A DNA stretch of 64,000 nucleotides from Octopus sinensis (Eukaryota): assembly GCF_006345805.1 (NCBI RefSeq), contig NC_043007.1, positions 34,038,001 to 34,102,000 of the forward strand, in the 5' to 3' direction. Below, piece after piece: positions 1 through 12,822 of the stretch. The stretch's first letter is position 1; each line of letters starts with the position of its first letter. A model generated the notes under the pieces. It made no database searches and was not told the DNA's origin. It saw only the letters and a list, made by a program, of their open reading frames with translations. A program made the translations under genes and the position numbers.

Positions 1-71
1 GTTTCATTTGCAGGTGATGAGGTAGGTTCAGTTTTGGGGGATGCAAAAGGATTTGTGGTTATTGACTATCT

Positions 72-303
72 TATTTCTTTATTGCCCACAAGTGGCTAAA
101 CATAGAGGGGACAAACAAAGACAGACAAAGGGATTAAGTCTTTTATATCGACTCCAGTGCGAAACTGGTACTTATTTTATCGACCCCGAAAAGATGAAAG
201 GCAAAGTCGACCTCGACACAATTTGAACTCAGAACGTAGGCAGCAGACGAAATAGCTCTAAGCATTTCGCCCGGCGTGCTAACGATTCTGCCAGCTCGCC
301 GCC
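72..303 (-). mobile_element. SINE family A (tRNA-derived), monomer
   Basis: Head GGCGGCGAGCTGGCAGAA and B-box-like GAGTTCAAATT on minus strand; 13-bp TSD TTATTGACTATCT at 59-71 and 304-316. Confidence 0.9.
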
Positions 304-650
304 TTATTGACTATCTGGCAAACAGCCACATCATTGATGGAGAGTATCATGCCAACTTGCTGAAACAGTTACGAAAGGCTATCAGGAACCAATACCCCGG
401 AAAACCGACAAGAGTGGTCTTGTTTTATCGGGAACATGCTCCAGCGCCTAAGTCCTTCAGTTCAACGCACGCTGTGCGTAACTGTGGCTTTGAACTGGTT
501 GATCTCTTTCCCAACTCTCCTGATTAGGTCCCCATCTGATTATATGTTTGCCAACATGAAAAACCACTTGGCTGAGAGCAAGTGTTTCAGTGATGTTGCC
601 ATATGTGCTGTTGATAACATTTTTTACCAACAGGATGAAAACGTTTTAAC

Positions 651-1048
651 GGCGGCGAGCTGGCAGAAACGTTAGCACGCCGGGTGAAATGCTAAGCGGT
701 ATTTCGTCGGCCGTTACGTTCTGAGTTCAAATTCTGCCGAGGTCGACCTTGCCTTTCATCCTTTCGGGGTTGATAAATTAAGTACCAGTTACGCACTGGA
801 GTCGATGTAATCGACTTAATACCTATGTCTGTCCTTGTTTGTCCCCTCTGTGTTTAGCTCCTTGTGGGTAATAAAGAAATAGGTATTTCGTCGGCCGTTA
901 CGTTCTGAGTTCAAATTCTGCCGAGGTTGACCTTGCCTTTCATCCTTTCGGGGTTGATAAATTAAGTACCAGTTGCGTAGTGGGGTCGATCTAATCGACT
1001 GGCCTCCTCCCCCAAAACCTTTGGGCCTTGTGCCTCGCGTAGAAAAGG
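651..1048 (+). mobile_element. SINE family A, dimeric form (184-bp internal unit repeated)
   Basis: Head at 651; unit starts GTATTTCGTC at 699 and 883; terminal tail ...GGGCCTTGTGCCTCGCGTAGAAAAG. Confidence 0.9.
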
Positions 1049-1221
1049 AGGAAAATGTTGAACAATGAAACTCAATTAGTAACATTCAATGAAAGCATCT
1101 TTGTCAGCCTATAAACCTTTCAACCGACCTTCGCGTGCAAACCCACTACGCAAACACATACATATACAAATACATTTCTGTGAGTTCTATTATGTATATA
1201 GCACAGAGCATTCAATGTGAA

Positions 1222-1560
1222 GGCGCATGGCTCAGTGGTTAGAGCATCGAGCTTACCATCGTGAGGTTGTGAGCTCGAATCCCGGACCGGGCTGCGTGTT
1301 GTGTTCTTGAGCAAGGCACTTTATTTCACATTGCTCCAGTTCACTCAGCTGTAGAAATGAGTTGCGACGTCACTGGTGCCAAGCTGTATCGGTTTTTGTC
1401 TTTCCCTTGGATAACACTGGTGGCTTGGAGAGGGGAAGCTGGTATGCATGGGCGACTGCTGGTCTTCCATAAACAACCTTGCCCGGACTTGTGTCTAGGA
1501 GGGTAACTTTCTAGGTGCAATCCCATGGTCAGTCATGACCGAAGGGGGTCTTTACCCCTT
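1222..1560 (+). mobile_element. SINE family C (tRNA head plus CORE-like central domain)
   Basis: A box TGGCTCAGTGG, B-box-like GAGCTCGAATCC, then GTGTTCTTGAGCAAGGCACTT; ACAGAGCATTCA at 1203-1214 and 1562-1573 (probable TSD); second copy at 57624-57954. Confidence 0.9.
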
Positions 1561-1793
1561 TACAGAGCATTCATATCTGTCAAGTTGTATGTCACTGCTA
1601 AAGTATCATGTTCATTCTTTTCGCATTTTGATATATATTTACATTTATTCTTCATTATCTCCCATTTCTTATGTATTGGAAAGTATGTTTCATATATGTT
1701 CTGTATTGTTATTTTTTGTACATTGATATTTATTCCTGTAACTCAATAAATTCACCAGAGAGAAAGAAGAAAAATATCAGTCAGGAATACAAC

Positions 1794-1796
<3 letters not shown>

Positions 1797-1844
<48 letters not shown>

Positions 1845-1906
1845 ATGTATGCGTATGTATAAAATGATACAAGCACAAACACACACATATATATACAGGG
1901 CCAATC

Positions 1907-1951
<45 letters not shown>

Positions 1952-2107
1952 ATATATAAAAGCAAGCACATGTATATATCTATAAATATATATGTATGTA
2001 ATGTGATGTGTGTGTGTGCGTAAGCGTGTGTCTCTCTCTCTCTCTCTATATTATATATATAATATAAATATCATTATATTCCATATATATATATATAGAG
2101 AGAGAGG

Positions 2108-2187
<80 letters not shown>

Positions 2188-2210
2188 GTATATATACACA
2201 CACACATAGT
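1797..2210. repeat. Compound microsatellites (GT)n, (GTAT)n, (TA)n, (GATA)n
   Basis: Directly visible. Confidence 0.95.
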
Positions 2211-2569
2211 TGAAATTACAGAAAAATGAAAAAAGAAGACATGTGTATAAACAATAAGCAGGTGTATTAGTTTGATGTTCGGGAAGGTGAGAAATTATTG
2301 TACGTTGCGAACCTACGCTCTTCAACAAAAAGGAACGCGAGGAAATAAAGAGAGAGAATGAAAACAAAAAACTTGTGGATTTAGCGGCGTATAATTGGTG
2401 ACTGGTTGGAAAAAAGGTAGTTGGACAGGAAAGCTAGGAGGGAGGCAAGGTAATAACGTACTGGTGATCCCAAAACGAAGTTGCGCGTGCTTGTGTGTAT
2501 GTGAGAGTGTGTAAGTGTGTAAGCGTGGATAGGGGCTTGTGACTATGACGTGTAGATATGTAGCAGGCA

Positions 2570-2997
2570 CAAATTTTTATCCCGCGAATAATATGAACTT
2601 CTTTACCCCCTTACTTAGTGGTCATTCAAATAGCTCTTTTGACTTTACAGTAACTTCCCTTTTTATAACGGTCATTTAGCTCGCTAAGATAAATATTTCA
2701 ATTACCTGAAGATTGACTGTAACCATAACTCGAATTATTACGAATTGGACAGCCATGAAACGATCGTAGTGTTTTACTCATTATCTTTTATTAAACTTAT
2801 AATACTTTTGATATATATTTAAAATAATATAAATTAATTAATTTTATATATTGGCAAAGTTTTTCATTGTTTGATTTTCCTAATAGTGGTTTTATCTCTA
2901 ATTTAATATAATATGATATTTTACTATAAAATTGGATTCAATCCTAAATCTGATTTTTCCCTGTAAGTTTGGATTTATTCCCTAATATTTTATTATA
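2570..2997 (+). mobile_element. Penelope-like/HHR mini-element family F1 (linear copy ending in (TA)n)
   Basis: Contains CTGAAGA...GAAACGATCGTA; terminal ~85 bp is the reverse complement of 4975-5055; a fragment of the same family lies at about 52085-52170. Confidence 0.7.
2703..2771 (+). ncRNA. Degenerate type I hammerhead ribozyme
   Basis: CTGAAGA 2706-2712, GAAAC 2757-2761, palindromic ACGATCGT, GUA site 2766-2768; stem II has two mismatches and stem I only 3 bp. Confidence 0.5.
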
Positions 2998-3329
2998 TAT
3001 ATATATATATATAATATATATATAAATACATATATATAATTTCGTAAATACTTACACGTATTTGTTACACACAAAATATAAATAGAAGAATATTGGCTTA
3101 CCTAAAATGTGTGTGTGTGTGTGCGTGCATGAATGTAAATGCAAATAGCGAAATACGCACAAACACATACACACACACTTACACAGAGAATGCAGATTTT
3201 TTATACACAGGTAAATGTAAGTAAATGTACTTAGTTAATGTTCTTTGATGCTAACATAGCGGAAATATGTACCTAATTACTGTTTATCTGTTAATCCATA
3301 CGTTTAGAATTTTTTCTTCGGAATAGTAA

Positions 3330-3331
3330 GT

Positions 3332-3384
<53 letters not shown>

Positions 3385-3410
3385 TATCTATCTATCTCTA
3401 TCTATAATAT

Positions 3411-3467
<57 letters not shown>

Positions 3468-3613
3468 GAGAGAGAGAGAGAGAAGGAGTGATACATGTTT
3501 TTATACATACGCACATACATACATATATATATATATACATAAATATATTGTATATATATATATATATATATGCGTATTTTAGCTGTATATATATCTGTCT
3601 CTCTTTCTCTCTT

Positions 3614-3646
<33 letters not shown>

Positions 3647-3775
3647 GCACATACATACGCACACGCGCACACACACACAGGCGAGCGCACACACACACAT
3701 ATTATATTTTTATATACAAATAAATATATAAATATGTACATATATATGTTTGTGGACGTGTGCGTGTGTGTGTGT
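3330..3775. repeat. Compound microsatellites (TATC)n, (TA)n, (GA)n, (CA)n
   Basis: Directly visible. Confidence 0.95.
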
Positions 3776-4817
3776 GGTTGTATGAATGTTTATTTATAGT
3801 AAGCTAATAAATTATTTGAAAGTAGGAATTAATTGTTAGTCTGGTATTTTATTCATATATTGTTATTGTTTATTATTATTATTGTAATTCTTCTTCTTAT
3901 TTTTTTTAATTTTTATTATTAACATTATTATTGTAGTTATTTGTGTTCTTTTTTCCTTTGTTTTTGTCATTGACTTTAATGGCAGCCATTTTCTCATTGT
4001 TATTATCTATCTATCAATCTATCTATATATATATATATACACATATATATATATACATATATATATATACATACATACATGCGTGCATAGATACATGTAA
4101 ATGAATATGCATAAATATATATCGGGACGGGTGTATGTATATATATATTTACTCAATACGGAACTCAGGATATAACAGAACATCGCCTAAGAAGTAATAG
4201 TAAATTTTAACAGTAACTGCTATTCGTAAGGTTGTATTTACATATACATAGACATATATATACATATACATATATACAATCTATGTATATTGATATATAT
4301 GTGTATATATATGTATACAGATACAGAGATATATATATCTGTTTCTGTGTACTTGTGTATTTGTACGTGTACATAGACAGGTAATCAAAAACGTTTCGGC
4401 TGAAAATTTATTATTGGAGTTGTTGGGATATAATAAGGTGTTGACTGAACTTCGCGTTATTTAAAGTTTCTCAAACATTGTTTGCGCCTATAACTTCAGA
4501 TATGCGGAGCCACAGTGGAAGTCACTTCCGATGTTTGACGATCAGGAATCTGTTGTTTGATTAACTTAAGGACCTGATCTCAAATATACGCTTAATTGGT
4601 TGAGTTCTTCACACACTAATTACCTTTAAAGCTATAGTCATGCTAAACCAGTTTGACATAGTTGTGTGAAGTTGAGCTACATGTAACATACAGTATTTTT
4701 CAAGAAATCTGAAACTGCCGACCGACGATCAGAAGATCAAGAGCTGAACCTCTAGGCCACTCAAGTCACATTCTTCACACTCTCTGCCACCCCACTCTCT
4801 CTCTCTCTCTCTCACCA

Positions 4818-4850
<33 letters not shown>

Positions 4851-5145
4851 TTCTATGCATATATGTATACATTCACACAAAGACATACACACAGATAAGA
4901 TCACGCAACGGGCTCACACGTATACTCATACATATGAATATATATATAATATTATATATATATATATATATAATAATAAATATTAGGGAATAAATCCAAA
5001 TTTACAGGGAAAAAAATCAGATTTAGGATTAAATCGATTTTATAGTAAAATATTATAAAAATATTCGAGACAAAACCACTTTTGCAAAACAAACAAGGAA
5101 AGACTTAATTAATACATAAAATTTTAATAAATAGTCAAAAAAACC

Positions 5146-5189
5146 GCCACTACAATCGTTTCTTGTCTTGATCGACAATCTTCAGGTGG
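5146..5189 (-). ncRNA. Minimal type I hammerhead ribozyme (minus arm)
   Basis: CCAC-CUGAAGA-UUGUC(gaucaa)GACAA-GAAAC-gauu-GUA/GUGG; all core nucleotides present. Confidence 0.8.
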
Positions 5190-5238
5190 ACTTCCAATAA
5201 TTCAGTGTCAAATTATGATTTGACACTGAATATTGGAA

Positions 5239-5283
5239 GTCACCTGAAGATTGTCGATCAAGACAAGAAACGATTGTAGTGGC
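5239..5283 (+). ncRNA. Minimal type I hammerhead ribozyme (plus arm)
   Basis: Stem I GUCAC/GUGGC, core CTGAAGA 5244-5250, stem II TTGTC/GACAA, GAAAC 5267-5271, predicted cleavage after GUA at 5278. Confidence 0.85.
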
Positions 5284-5476
5284 GGTTTTTTTTGATATTT
5301 GTTAAAATTTTATGTATTAATTAAGTCTTTCCTTGTTTGTTTTGGCAAAAGTGGTTTTGTTCTCGAATAATATTTTTAATATAATATATATATATATATA
5401 ATATTATATATATATATATACACAGACATATATATATATGTATATATATATATATACAAATACATATATATATATA

Positions 5477-5529
<53 letters not shown>

Positions 5530-5685
5530 ATATATATATATATATATATAAACATTCAGCAAAAAATTTGATTCAGATGAATATGGTACTTAAGTTGAGG
5601 GTACCAGAATTTTAACACGGTATTATCCATACAATTTCAAAATAAGGTGATTAAAATCAATATAAGGTGAGTGTTGCTCATTTTG

Positions 5686-5726
<41 letters not shown>

Positions 5727-5821
5727 AGAGAGAGAGAGAGAGAGAGAGAGAAAGATAGATAAATAAATTGATAGATAGATAGATAGATAGATACACACAT
5801 ATACATACATATATATATATA

Positions 5822-5852
<31 letters not shown>

Positions 5853-6469
5853 ATGTGTGTGTGTGTATCTGTTTGTGTCTCTGTGTGTACATATATGTAT
5901 AAAGAATGTTGGTTAGAATGAAAACAATGAAATTCTTACACCATGAAATATGTACAATGGTATTAATATTAAAAGCGCAACGACTGTTCATGTCATTGCT
6001 TATAAGATTAAAAGATACAGAATGGTCTATTCGGGAAAGCTAGTCTGCAGAGAATTTATAAAAAGCATTGGATAAATATCAATTTAATGTTCATTATCTT
6101 CATTGTGTGTGTTTGGCTTTCTGCCGACTAAGTGTTAGAATCTTCTTAACAAATGGATAACTGTTTATGAGATGTTTTAGTATAGACAGAAGCAGAAAAT
6201 ATGTAGAAGGAAAAATTGTTTAGGTAATTACTAGTATGTGTTTGTGTGCACGTGTGACTTTTTCTGAGTGTACTTGTGTGCGTTTCTCTGTGTGTAGGTG
6301 AGATATTGAGGATATACAGTACCGTACGGAAATATTCGTCCACTTTAAATTATTGTAAATTTCTACTAATTGCCAGCTTATAAGTGGATGTTTCGTATTG
6401 CGTTTTTTAGAGATGAAACATTGGTCCTGTTAGAGTCCTTTCCATACCTAATTGATATATTTTGTAATA

Positions 6470-6937
6470 AGGATTCTGAATGAGAGGGGAAGTTGCGAGA
6501 CGATCTTTAAAAATGGCCGTGCAAAAGTTTTCGGCCAGCTCACATAAGCCAATCATAGTACAGTGTTTTGAAAGAGAAAAGTGTCTATGATAAAAATTTA
6601 TTACATTATGTTCATTCCAAAATAGTTATTGTACTTTGTTAGTATTTCTTGTGGCTTCCCTTAGCGAGCAACACAACAGAGTCTGGCTGATGAAGGTGTT
6701 TCCAAATTGAAAGATTGGCCAGGTCAGAGCCCTGATTTAAATATCATCGAGCAAATGTGGACAGAACTAAAGAGAAGAGTTCGTTAGAAGAATACATGCA
6801 ATCTTGAAGAGATATGGAAGCTTAGCCACAGAGAATGGCATCTCATACCTGTGAAGATGGCGAAGGATTTGTGCGCGTTTCTTCTCAGGTGCATTGAAGT
6901 GCTTATTATAGCTACGGGAAGCCACACGAAATATTAA
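6470..6937 (+). mobile_element. Decayed Tc1-like transposase remnant
   Basis: 6684-6937 translates as WLADEGVSKLKDWPGQSPDLNIIEQMWTELKRRV...RCIEVLIIATGSHTKY* (Tc1 WPxQSPDLN and C-terminal GGxTKY motifs); the upstream boundary is weak. Confidence 0.8.
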
Positions 6938-7753
6938 CAATGTACAGTAACTTCTGGAAATGAACATTAAGTAATGAATTTTCATTATAGATATTTTTCT
7001 CTTTTAAAAGACCGTATCTCGAATAGTTGAAAACGCAACGTGCACGGTACTGTAATTTGTGAGACACATAGAAATAGCTTTGCTAATCTTCCAGTTCTGT
7101 TTACAATGTCACGTGGAAATGTACAAAATTTTATTTACTTTGTTAATCTCCACGCGACAATGTAAATAACTTTTAGTTAGTAGGACCTGAGGATTAGCCA
7201 AGCTTGTATGTATGTTACTAAATATGACGAACATTGTTCATAGCTATGAAATGATTGTAATCGCTGTTTTAACTGTTCCATTCCTTACATACTCCGATTA
7301 TTATACACATTTTAAGCAAATTTCATTATTAAATCATGAACTGTATGGCAACTATCAAGTTAGTGAATTTTCCTCTGATTTCAACATTGGCACGAAGTGT
7401 GTAAATTTCGATGTTAATAAACATATTTTAAGGTATATTGTACAACTTTTGTCATCGGTACTAGCTGCATAGATGCTTAAAGCTTACCAACTTCCTACGC
7501 CTGGATCCCTGGATCATACACACCTATTACTCCCCTCGTGCTCTCTCTCCCCTGTCTCGCTCACTCCTTTCTCTCCTCTCTTTCTAAACACACGCATATA
7601 TATATATATATATATATTATATATGGGAGGTAATATAGTGACATATGATATAATTACCTACCTCTCTATCTATTCTTTTATGCATTTAACTGTCTATTAA
7701 TATTATATAATATATTATATAATATATATATATATATATAATATATATATTAT

Positions 7754-8587
7754 CGGTGTTGCAGTGATTGGATCTCATCCGTGAAGAAGCTTTCATCCTG
7801 TTAGTCAAAAATTCATGAATAGCTGCTATGAAATCATAATGATTATCAGCCAAGTATTTTTTTCAAGATGAAGAATAGATAATAGACAGATGGAGCCAAA
7901 TCAGGACAACAGGCTGGGTTATCAACCAGTTCAATGCTACGGTTATGCACAACAGCCATCGAAACGAAGAACTTGTGTGCTGGAACATTGTCCTGATGAA
8001 ACAAGACCCATTTCATCACTTTTCCAGGACGTTTGGTTTGGTTAGCGTTTCGTAACTACCTCGGAAATTTGGTGTAGTACTTTTCATCGGTGGTTGGTCC
8101 TTTGTAAGATAGTGAATAAACACAATGACATTCACATACTAAATAACTGAGGCCATTACTTTCCTTGCAGATGAAACTACCTTGGCCTCCTTTGGAGGTG
8201 AGGAAGGATGATTTCTCTACAAAGATTGTCTCTTTTTCTCTGACTAAAAAGTTCACAGGCTTCAGAGACATTCAAAGAAGCCGACTGGACCTGCCTCAAA
8301 GGTAACCAACTCACCTGTGAGATTTTCACGTTACCTTGTGTGGTAAGCCTGGAGCACTTTTGATTAGATGTTAGATGACTCGGCTTCTACCGAATAGAAA
8401 CCTTCGTCATGTCGAGTTCATTGTGCAGAATATTCTCAAATCTCTTATGGTATAGATCCTAATAACACTGGCTATTCCATTTATAGTCAATTGCCAGTCA
8501 TCTATCACTATGTGGGGAATACGATAAATGTTATCTTACGTAGTGGCAGCTGCAAGACATCCCGAGCTTGGGCCATCTTCAAAATTC
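7754..8587 (-). mobile_element. Decayed mariner transposon, related to 1-1134
   Basis: Minus-strand GVLFHQDNVPAH (approx. 7975-8010) and QDESFFTDEIQSLQHR (approx. 7755-7805). Confidence 0.8.
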
Positions 8588-8687
8588 NNNNNNNNNNNNN
8601 NNNNNNNNNNNNNNNNNNNNNNNNNNNNNNNNNNNNNNNNNNNNNNNNNNNNNNNNNNNNNNNNNNNNNNNNNNNNNNNNNNNNNNN
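8588..8687. other. Assembly gap (100 N)
   Basis: Run of N. Confidence 1.
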
Positions 8688-9325
8688 GTGACTATGGTGA
8701 TGGCGGCGGTGGTTGATGGCGGCGGTGATAGTGGTAGTGTTGATTGTTGTATTGGTAGTAGTAGTGATGGTAAGAATAGGAAATGTGCGGCGGTAGTGGT
8801 GGCAGAAATTTTGGTTGTAGTAAAAGACAATGGTTCAGTGGTAGCGGCGGCTGTGCGGACGTGGTGGTGACGGCGAGGATCCCGTTGTTGTGATGGCGGC
8901 GATGGTAAAGATGGTGGTTGTAGTAATGGCGGTAAAAAGAGTGGTACCTGAAGCGATGGCATGCATACTTTTGTTGATGGTGGTGATGATTGTAAAAGTG
9001 GTTGTTATCGTGATGGTGGGCGTAGTAGCGATGGAGGGGTCGGTGATGATGGTGGCGTTGGTGTTGATGGTGGTGATATTGGAGATGTTGGCGGAAGTGG
9101 CGATGGCGGTTATACTGCGGGTGTTGGAAGTGGTGATGACGGTGTAAACGTGGAGATGTTGGAGGTGGTGACACTGACGGTGGAGATGGTAGTGGTTGTA
9201 AGGCTGGTGGTGACGGTAGTGATGGTGGAGGTATTTGAGGTAGTGGTGATGGTGGAGGTGGCAGTAATATTGGTGATTATAATATGGTGTTGGCACTCGT
9301 AGTGATGTAATGATGATGGTGTTAA
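8688..9325. repeat. Degenerate (GGT/GAT/GGC)n low-complexity tract
   Basis: Trinucleotide-periodic G-rich strand; open frames on both strands without recognisable domains. Confidence 0.85.
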
Positions 9326-9591
9326 CTCCTTGACAACGGTTGACGCAAATATGCGATCACACTTTTGCTTGCCTATCCGCGGTTAACGTAAATATACGAT
9401 GTAGAGCTGCCCTACATCTATCACGGACTTTTTAGCGGCTGACGTATGTTTACGTTCGCTATCGTCTACTTTATCTCTTGAGGTTGGCGCGCTCGCCGTC
9501 CCGTCCATTATCTTAGCTATTTTAGGATACGTTCGAGTCATGAGACTAGCAATAGACCAATGACATGTGGATACTTTCCATGCATAATACC

Positions 9592-9823
9592 TATTTCTTT
9601 ATTACCCACAAGGGGCTAAACATAGAGGGGACAAACAAGGACAGACATAGGTATTAAGCCGATTACATCGACCCCAGTGCGGAACTGGTACTTAATTTAT
9701 CGACCCCGAAGGGATGAAAGGTAAAGTCGACCTCGGCGGAATTTGAACTCACAACGTAACAGCAGACGAAATACCGCTAGGCATTTCGCCCGGCGCGCTA
9801 ACGTTTCTGCCAGCTCGCCGCCT
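9592..9823 (-). mobile_element. SINE family A monomer
   Basis: 16-bp TSD TTCCATGCATAATACC at 9576-9591 and 9829-9844. Confidence 0.9.
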
Positions 9824-10099
9824 TTTTATTCCATGCATAATACCGTGTGTTGAATTGTACCACACGCAAGCTATTTTTTGAACTTGAGCAGAATAACTCG
9901 TGCCTATAATATTATGATAAATAACTTCACATAGTCCGTTTTCATAAACCAGTAAACGTAAATGTACGACGCTATGTTATTGTAACGGTGAACGTAACTA
10001 GACGCGAGCTCGTTGGCAATTGTGTGTTTGTGTGGTCTCATTAGATATAAAAACCGGAGCAGTGTCTCGCATGCCTCGGGTAATACCCGCGTCAAGGGG

Positions 10100-10513
10100 T
10101 TAATGGTAGAGGTGATGGTGATGCTGTTGAAGGTGAAGGTGATAGTGTGGTGTTTGTGTTGATGACGATTGTAGTGATTGTGATGGTGGTGATGGTGGTG
10201 GTGGTGTGGTGGTGGTGGTGGTGGTGGTGGTGGTAGTGTTGTGGTGATTGCAACATAGGTGGTCGCGCTGATGTTATGTTGTGGTTGATGTTAGTGACTG
10301 AGTGCGCTGGTGTTGAGGAGAAGATAATGAACACGATGATCATTTTTGACGATTCTGCTAGTTATTGACAAGCACAGTGACGCTGATGATGATGATAATG
10401 ATGATGACGACGACGACGACGACGATAATAATGACGACGATGACGACGATGTTGTTTGAGGATGGTAACGATTACGACGATGATGACGGCAACGACGACC
10501 ATGACGAAGATAG

Positions 10514-10549
<36 letters not shown>

Positions 10550-10585
10550 CGATGATGATGATGATGATGATGATGATGATATGAC

Positions 10586-10620
<35 letters not shown>

Positions 10621-10830
10621 CGATGATGATGATGATGATGATCATGATGACGATGATGATCATGATGAGGACGACGATGTTGATGATGAGTAGAAAGCTG
10701 AGGAGGAGAAGGGTGGTGAAGACGACGGCGATGATGATGAGGACTCAGAAAGGGAAGAAAAAGAATGGAAAGCGGAACGAGAAGATTATAAGACAGAAAG
10801 GGGAGGAGATGGATGGGGTGAAGAAGTAGA
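10100..10830. repeat. (GGT)n and (GAT/GAC)n trinucleotide arrays
   Basis: Directly visible. Confidence 0.9.
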
Positions 10831-11069
10831 GCAGACTCAAGAAACCTACACGCATACCCACTCGAAAAGAGAGGTAGATAGATAGATAGATAGAGAGAGA
10901 GAGAAAGATGAGAATGTAGGTGAGACATTTGGAAAAGAGGAACAGAATAATTCAGTAGCAACTGTAGACAGAGGTATGTATCAAAAAATAAATAAATGAG
11001 AGAAAGAAAGATAGAAAGAAGGTAATTATATCTCATTTATTAATGTTGATTTAATAACGGAATGGATAA

Positions 11070-11240
11070 GTTTTACCAACATGTGTATATTTGGGATACA
11101 TCACTAACTATTGAAATCATATATGTGGTCCAGTATATATATACCCACATCTTGTTGAACTCATTTGTTTGTTTGGTAGCCTGATGAGTTGGGAGTTACG
11201 TAACATATTACGCAATCTAATTGATAATCCTTTTGTCTGT
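11070..11240 (+). mobile_element. Partial copy of an HHR-bearing repeat, inverted relative to 12045-12310
   Basis: ACATCTTGTTGAACTCATTTGTTTGTTTGGTAGCCTGATGAGTTGGGAGTTACGTAACATATTACGCA...GATAATCCTTTTGTCTGTT matches the reverse complement of about 12050-12215. Confidence 0.65.
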
Positions 11241-11364
11241 TGTTGTTGTTGTTGTTATTATTATTATTATTATTATTGCAATAAAGAAGGGTGCAACTAT
11301 TATCGAATGAACAATATTTCGACATCTCGCGTGTTTATTATTATTATTATTATTATTTTTATTA

Positions 11365-11412
<48 letters not shown>

Positions 11413-11414
<2 letters not shown>

Positions 11415-11929
11415 TGAGTGAGCGAGCAGAGCATGCCATCAAAGTGACACTGGGGTAAAATATACGAAGCCCAGTATACCCATCATGACTACCCGTCTGA
11501 TAAGGGTACACCAGGCATGCATCACAACCATATGTGCGCGACAAGGTGATCTCATATCAAGATAAACAGCACATGACCTTGCAGGTGGAGCCCAGTTAGA
11601 ATTTTCTTCAGATCGAGTAACCATCCCGCTCAAATCAAAAGGTCCCTGATTAAGGGTTGTTTAAGGACGTTGAACGAAACACCCATGTTTCCAGAGGTGA
11701 ATTATTCAAACCCCAAAGAATCCTTCTCAACACATGGCTATGATGCTCCCCCACTACTTCTGCTCGTTATCAGAGATGCACATATCGTCAGCCACTAAGG
11801 GACATGCTCAAATGGTTAAGGTCAACAACTGACAAGCAAATCTGTGGTATTGAGCAGAATATTTGCTGTAGCCCATCTTTCATACCAAGACATGATAACA
11901 CTTCCAATTAGTTAAGATCAGAAGCCATG
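11413..11929 (-). mobile_element. Non-coding repeat (family E) embedded in (TAA)n; possibly a non-autonomous or 3'-derived R4/Dong-type retroelement
   Basis: Flanked on both sides by long (ATT)n; the same terminus recurs at 16861-16930 next to (ATT)/(ACT)n; no tRNA head or ORF. Confidence 0.65.
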
Positions 11930-12029
<100 letters not shown>

Positions 12030-12080
12030 CATTATGATATAAACAAGAATAATAATAACAGACAAAAGGATTATCTGTCA

Positions 12081-12170
12081 TTGCTACAATCGTTTCATCG
12101 GGAATGTTGAAGCATAATGCAATTACTTCGAGTGCGTAATATGTTATGTAACTCCCATGTCATCAGGCTA
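12081..12170 (-). ncRNA. Degenerate hammerhead ribozyme
   Basis: Minus strand GC-CTGATGA...GAAACGATTGTA-GC; stem II only partly pairs (ATGGGA vs TCCCGAT). Confidence 0.45.
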
Positions 12171-12822
12171 TCAAATAAACAAGTGAGTATAATAAGATGT
12201 TAATTGTATCATTGTTCCAGTGTACTTCCTATATATAAAGTGGTGTGCTTACTACGGTAATTTGCAGCCTTACGGGATATGGTTTACGAAATAGAACATA
12301 TGTATGGTAAAACACAAGATGTAGCTTATATCATATGATCCTGCGCACTTTTCAATATTTGGTTAGTTGCATCCTCTGATTTCAATTACATTGTAAATAT
12401 AATTGGATGCCATTACCTGAATCACTTGTGTCAACCAGATTATCAACATGCTGCTCTACACTGCTCGTCACAATAGGTTTTCATTTCTTTCTTGTTGTAC
12501 CCTTCGATTCTATCAAGGCCCAAATCATTTAATCAAATCTATCATTGTGGAAGTCTTTTGAGTAGCCTTTTCCTATTTCTTGGATGCCGCTCGGTAATTA
12601 TACAGATCCATCTTTGTCAGTAAATATGGTGACATATCCAGTCCAGTGGTGGTTGTGCGATCATGTAGTGTGGTTCACTCCGCTGAAGCCCCTGGAAATG
12701 TAAGGTATCAAGTCACAATACATCAAAGCACTCAAGGATAACTCCAGATAGGTCACCCACATAGCTTGCTACCGCAACTCATGAGAGTTCCTGTCGAGAA
12801 GAGCGTTAAACAAGCAGATACC

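Larger units (their letters stand above)
1..1134 (+). mobile_element. Decayed mariner-family DNA transposon (3' part), interrupted by two SINE-A insertions
   Basis: Frameshifted translation resembles VFWDAKG..IDYL, YHANLLKQLRKAIR..PGK, GFELVDLFPNSPD*VPSDY..MKNHLA, i.e. mariner HPPYSPDLAPSDY region; transposon-like 3' end resumes at about 1045-1134 after the second SINE. Confidence 0.85.
4972..5395. mobile_element. Foldback (palindromic) F1 mini-element in (TA)n
   Basis: About 160-bp arms (approx. 5056-5212 and 5218-5385) are near-perfect inverted repeats; the F1 terminal segment lies on the left; flanked by (TA)n. Confidence 0.85.

Noticed and set aside
8579-11036. Long His/Thr/Asp/Met/Val-rich ORFs
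   Set aside because: Translations of GGT/GAT trinucleotide arrays, open on both strands with no domain signal.
12400-12810. Possible RTE 5'/endonuclease remnant on minus strand
   Set aside because: Similarity too faint to support by eye.
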